DNA from: Saccostrea cucullata
Lineage: Eukaryota
DNA: 64,000 nucleotides
Assembly (NCBI RefSeq): GCF_032062105.1
Contig: NW_026938415.1
Span: 1 to 64,000 of the forward strand
Direction: 5' to 3'
Shown: positions 63,771 to 64,000 of the stretch, one piece after another
How the letters are laid out: each line of letters opens with the position of its first letter
How positions within the stretch are numbered: the first letter of the stretch is position 1
Position numbers and translations under genes: made by a program
Notes under the pieces: generated by a model
The model's input: the letters and a program-made list of their open reading frames with translations, nothing else
Told to the model about the DNA's origin: nothing
Database searches by the model: none

Positions 63771-64000
63771 ATTACTACTCGTTGAAAATAATTGGTCTAA
63801 CCAAAAAAGACAATGTTTTAGGGTATGAAAATTTAACTGCTCTATCTTATTAAACGGCTATTTCATACATCAATATATTCAATGCTGTTGTACAAAATCA
63901 TGACCATTTGATTCGTTGGGGGTTGCTGGTGAGATAGCAGATTTTGAAAATAAATAATATGTTCTCGAAGATGTTTTTTTTTTTTAAATAATCTGTCAAT

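Overview
AT-rich eukaryotic DNA, most likely from an oyster or another bivalve (inferred from ~166-bp satellite-bearing Helentron/HINE elements and abundant Naiad-like Penelope fragments). Most of the window is nested transposable elements. The main finding is a near full-length L1/Tx1-clade non-LTR retrotransposon (~5875-12818). Its ORF1 (6105-7385) has the usual coiled-coil/RRM/CTD layout but ends in an IMPACT/YigZ (UPF0029) domain, a fusion I do not know to be described. Its ORF2 (APE-RT-zinc knuckle) is broken by a 547-bp TIR element with a 9-bp TSD and by one frameshift. The element sits inside a palindromic non-autonomous DNA element. Two host genes are visible: a 5-exon gene encoding about 7 MYND zinc fingers plus an uncharacterised C-terminal domain (27669-30554), and a single-exon 523-aa orphan membrane protein (51788-53359). 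Other features are an 8.3-kb mariner-derived element with perfect TIRs and cargo (33195-41527), many Penelope-like fragments with a conserved structured 3' end, several HINEs and MITEs, a tRNA-like sequence inside a HINE, a recent fold-back inverted duplication, and decayed RTEX-like and CR1-like LINE remnants. All family assignments come from motif recognition by eye; no database searches were run.
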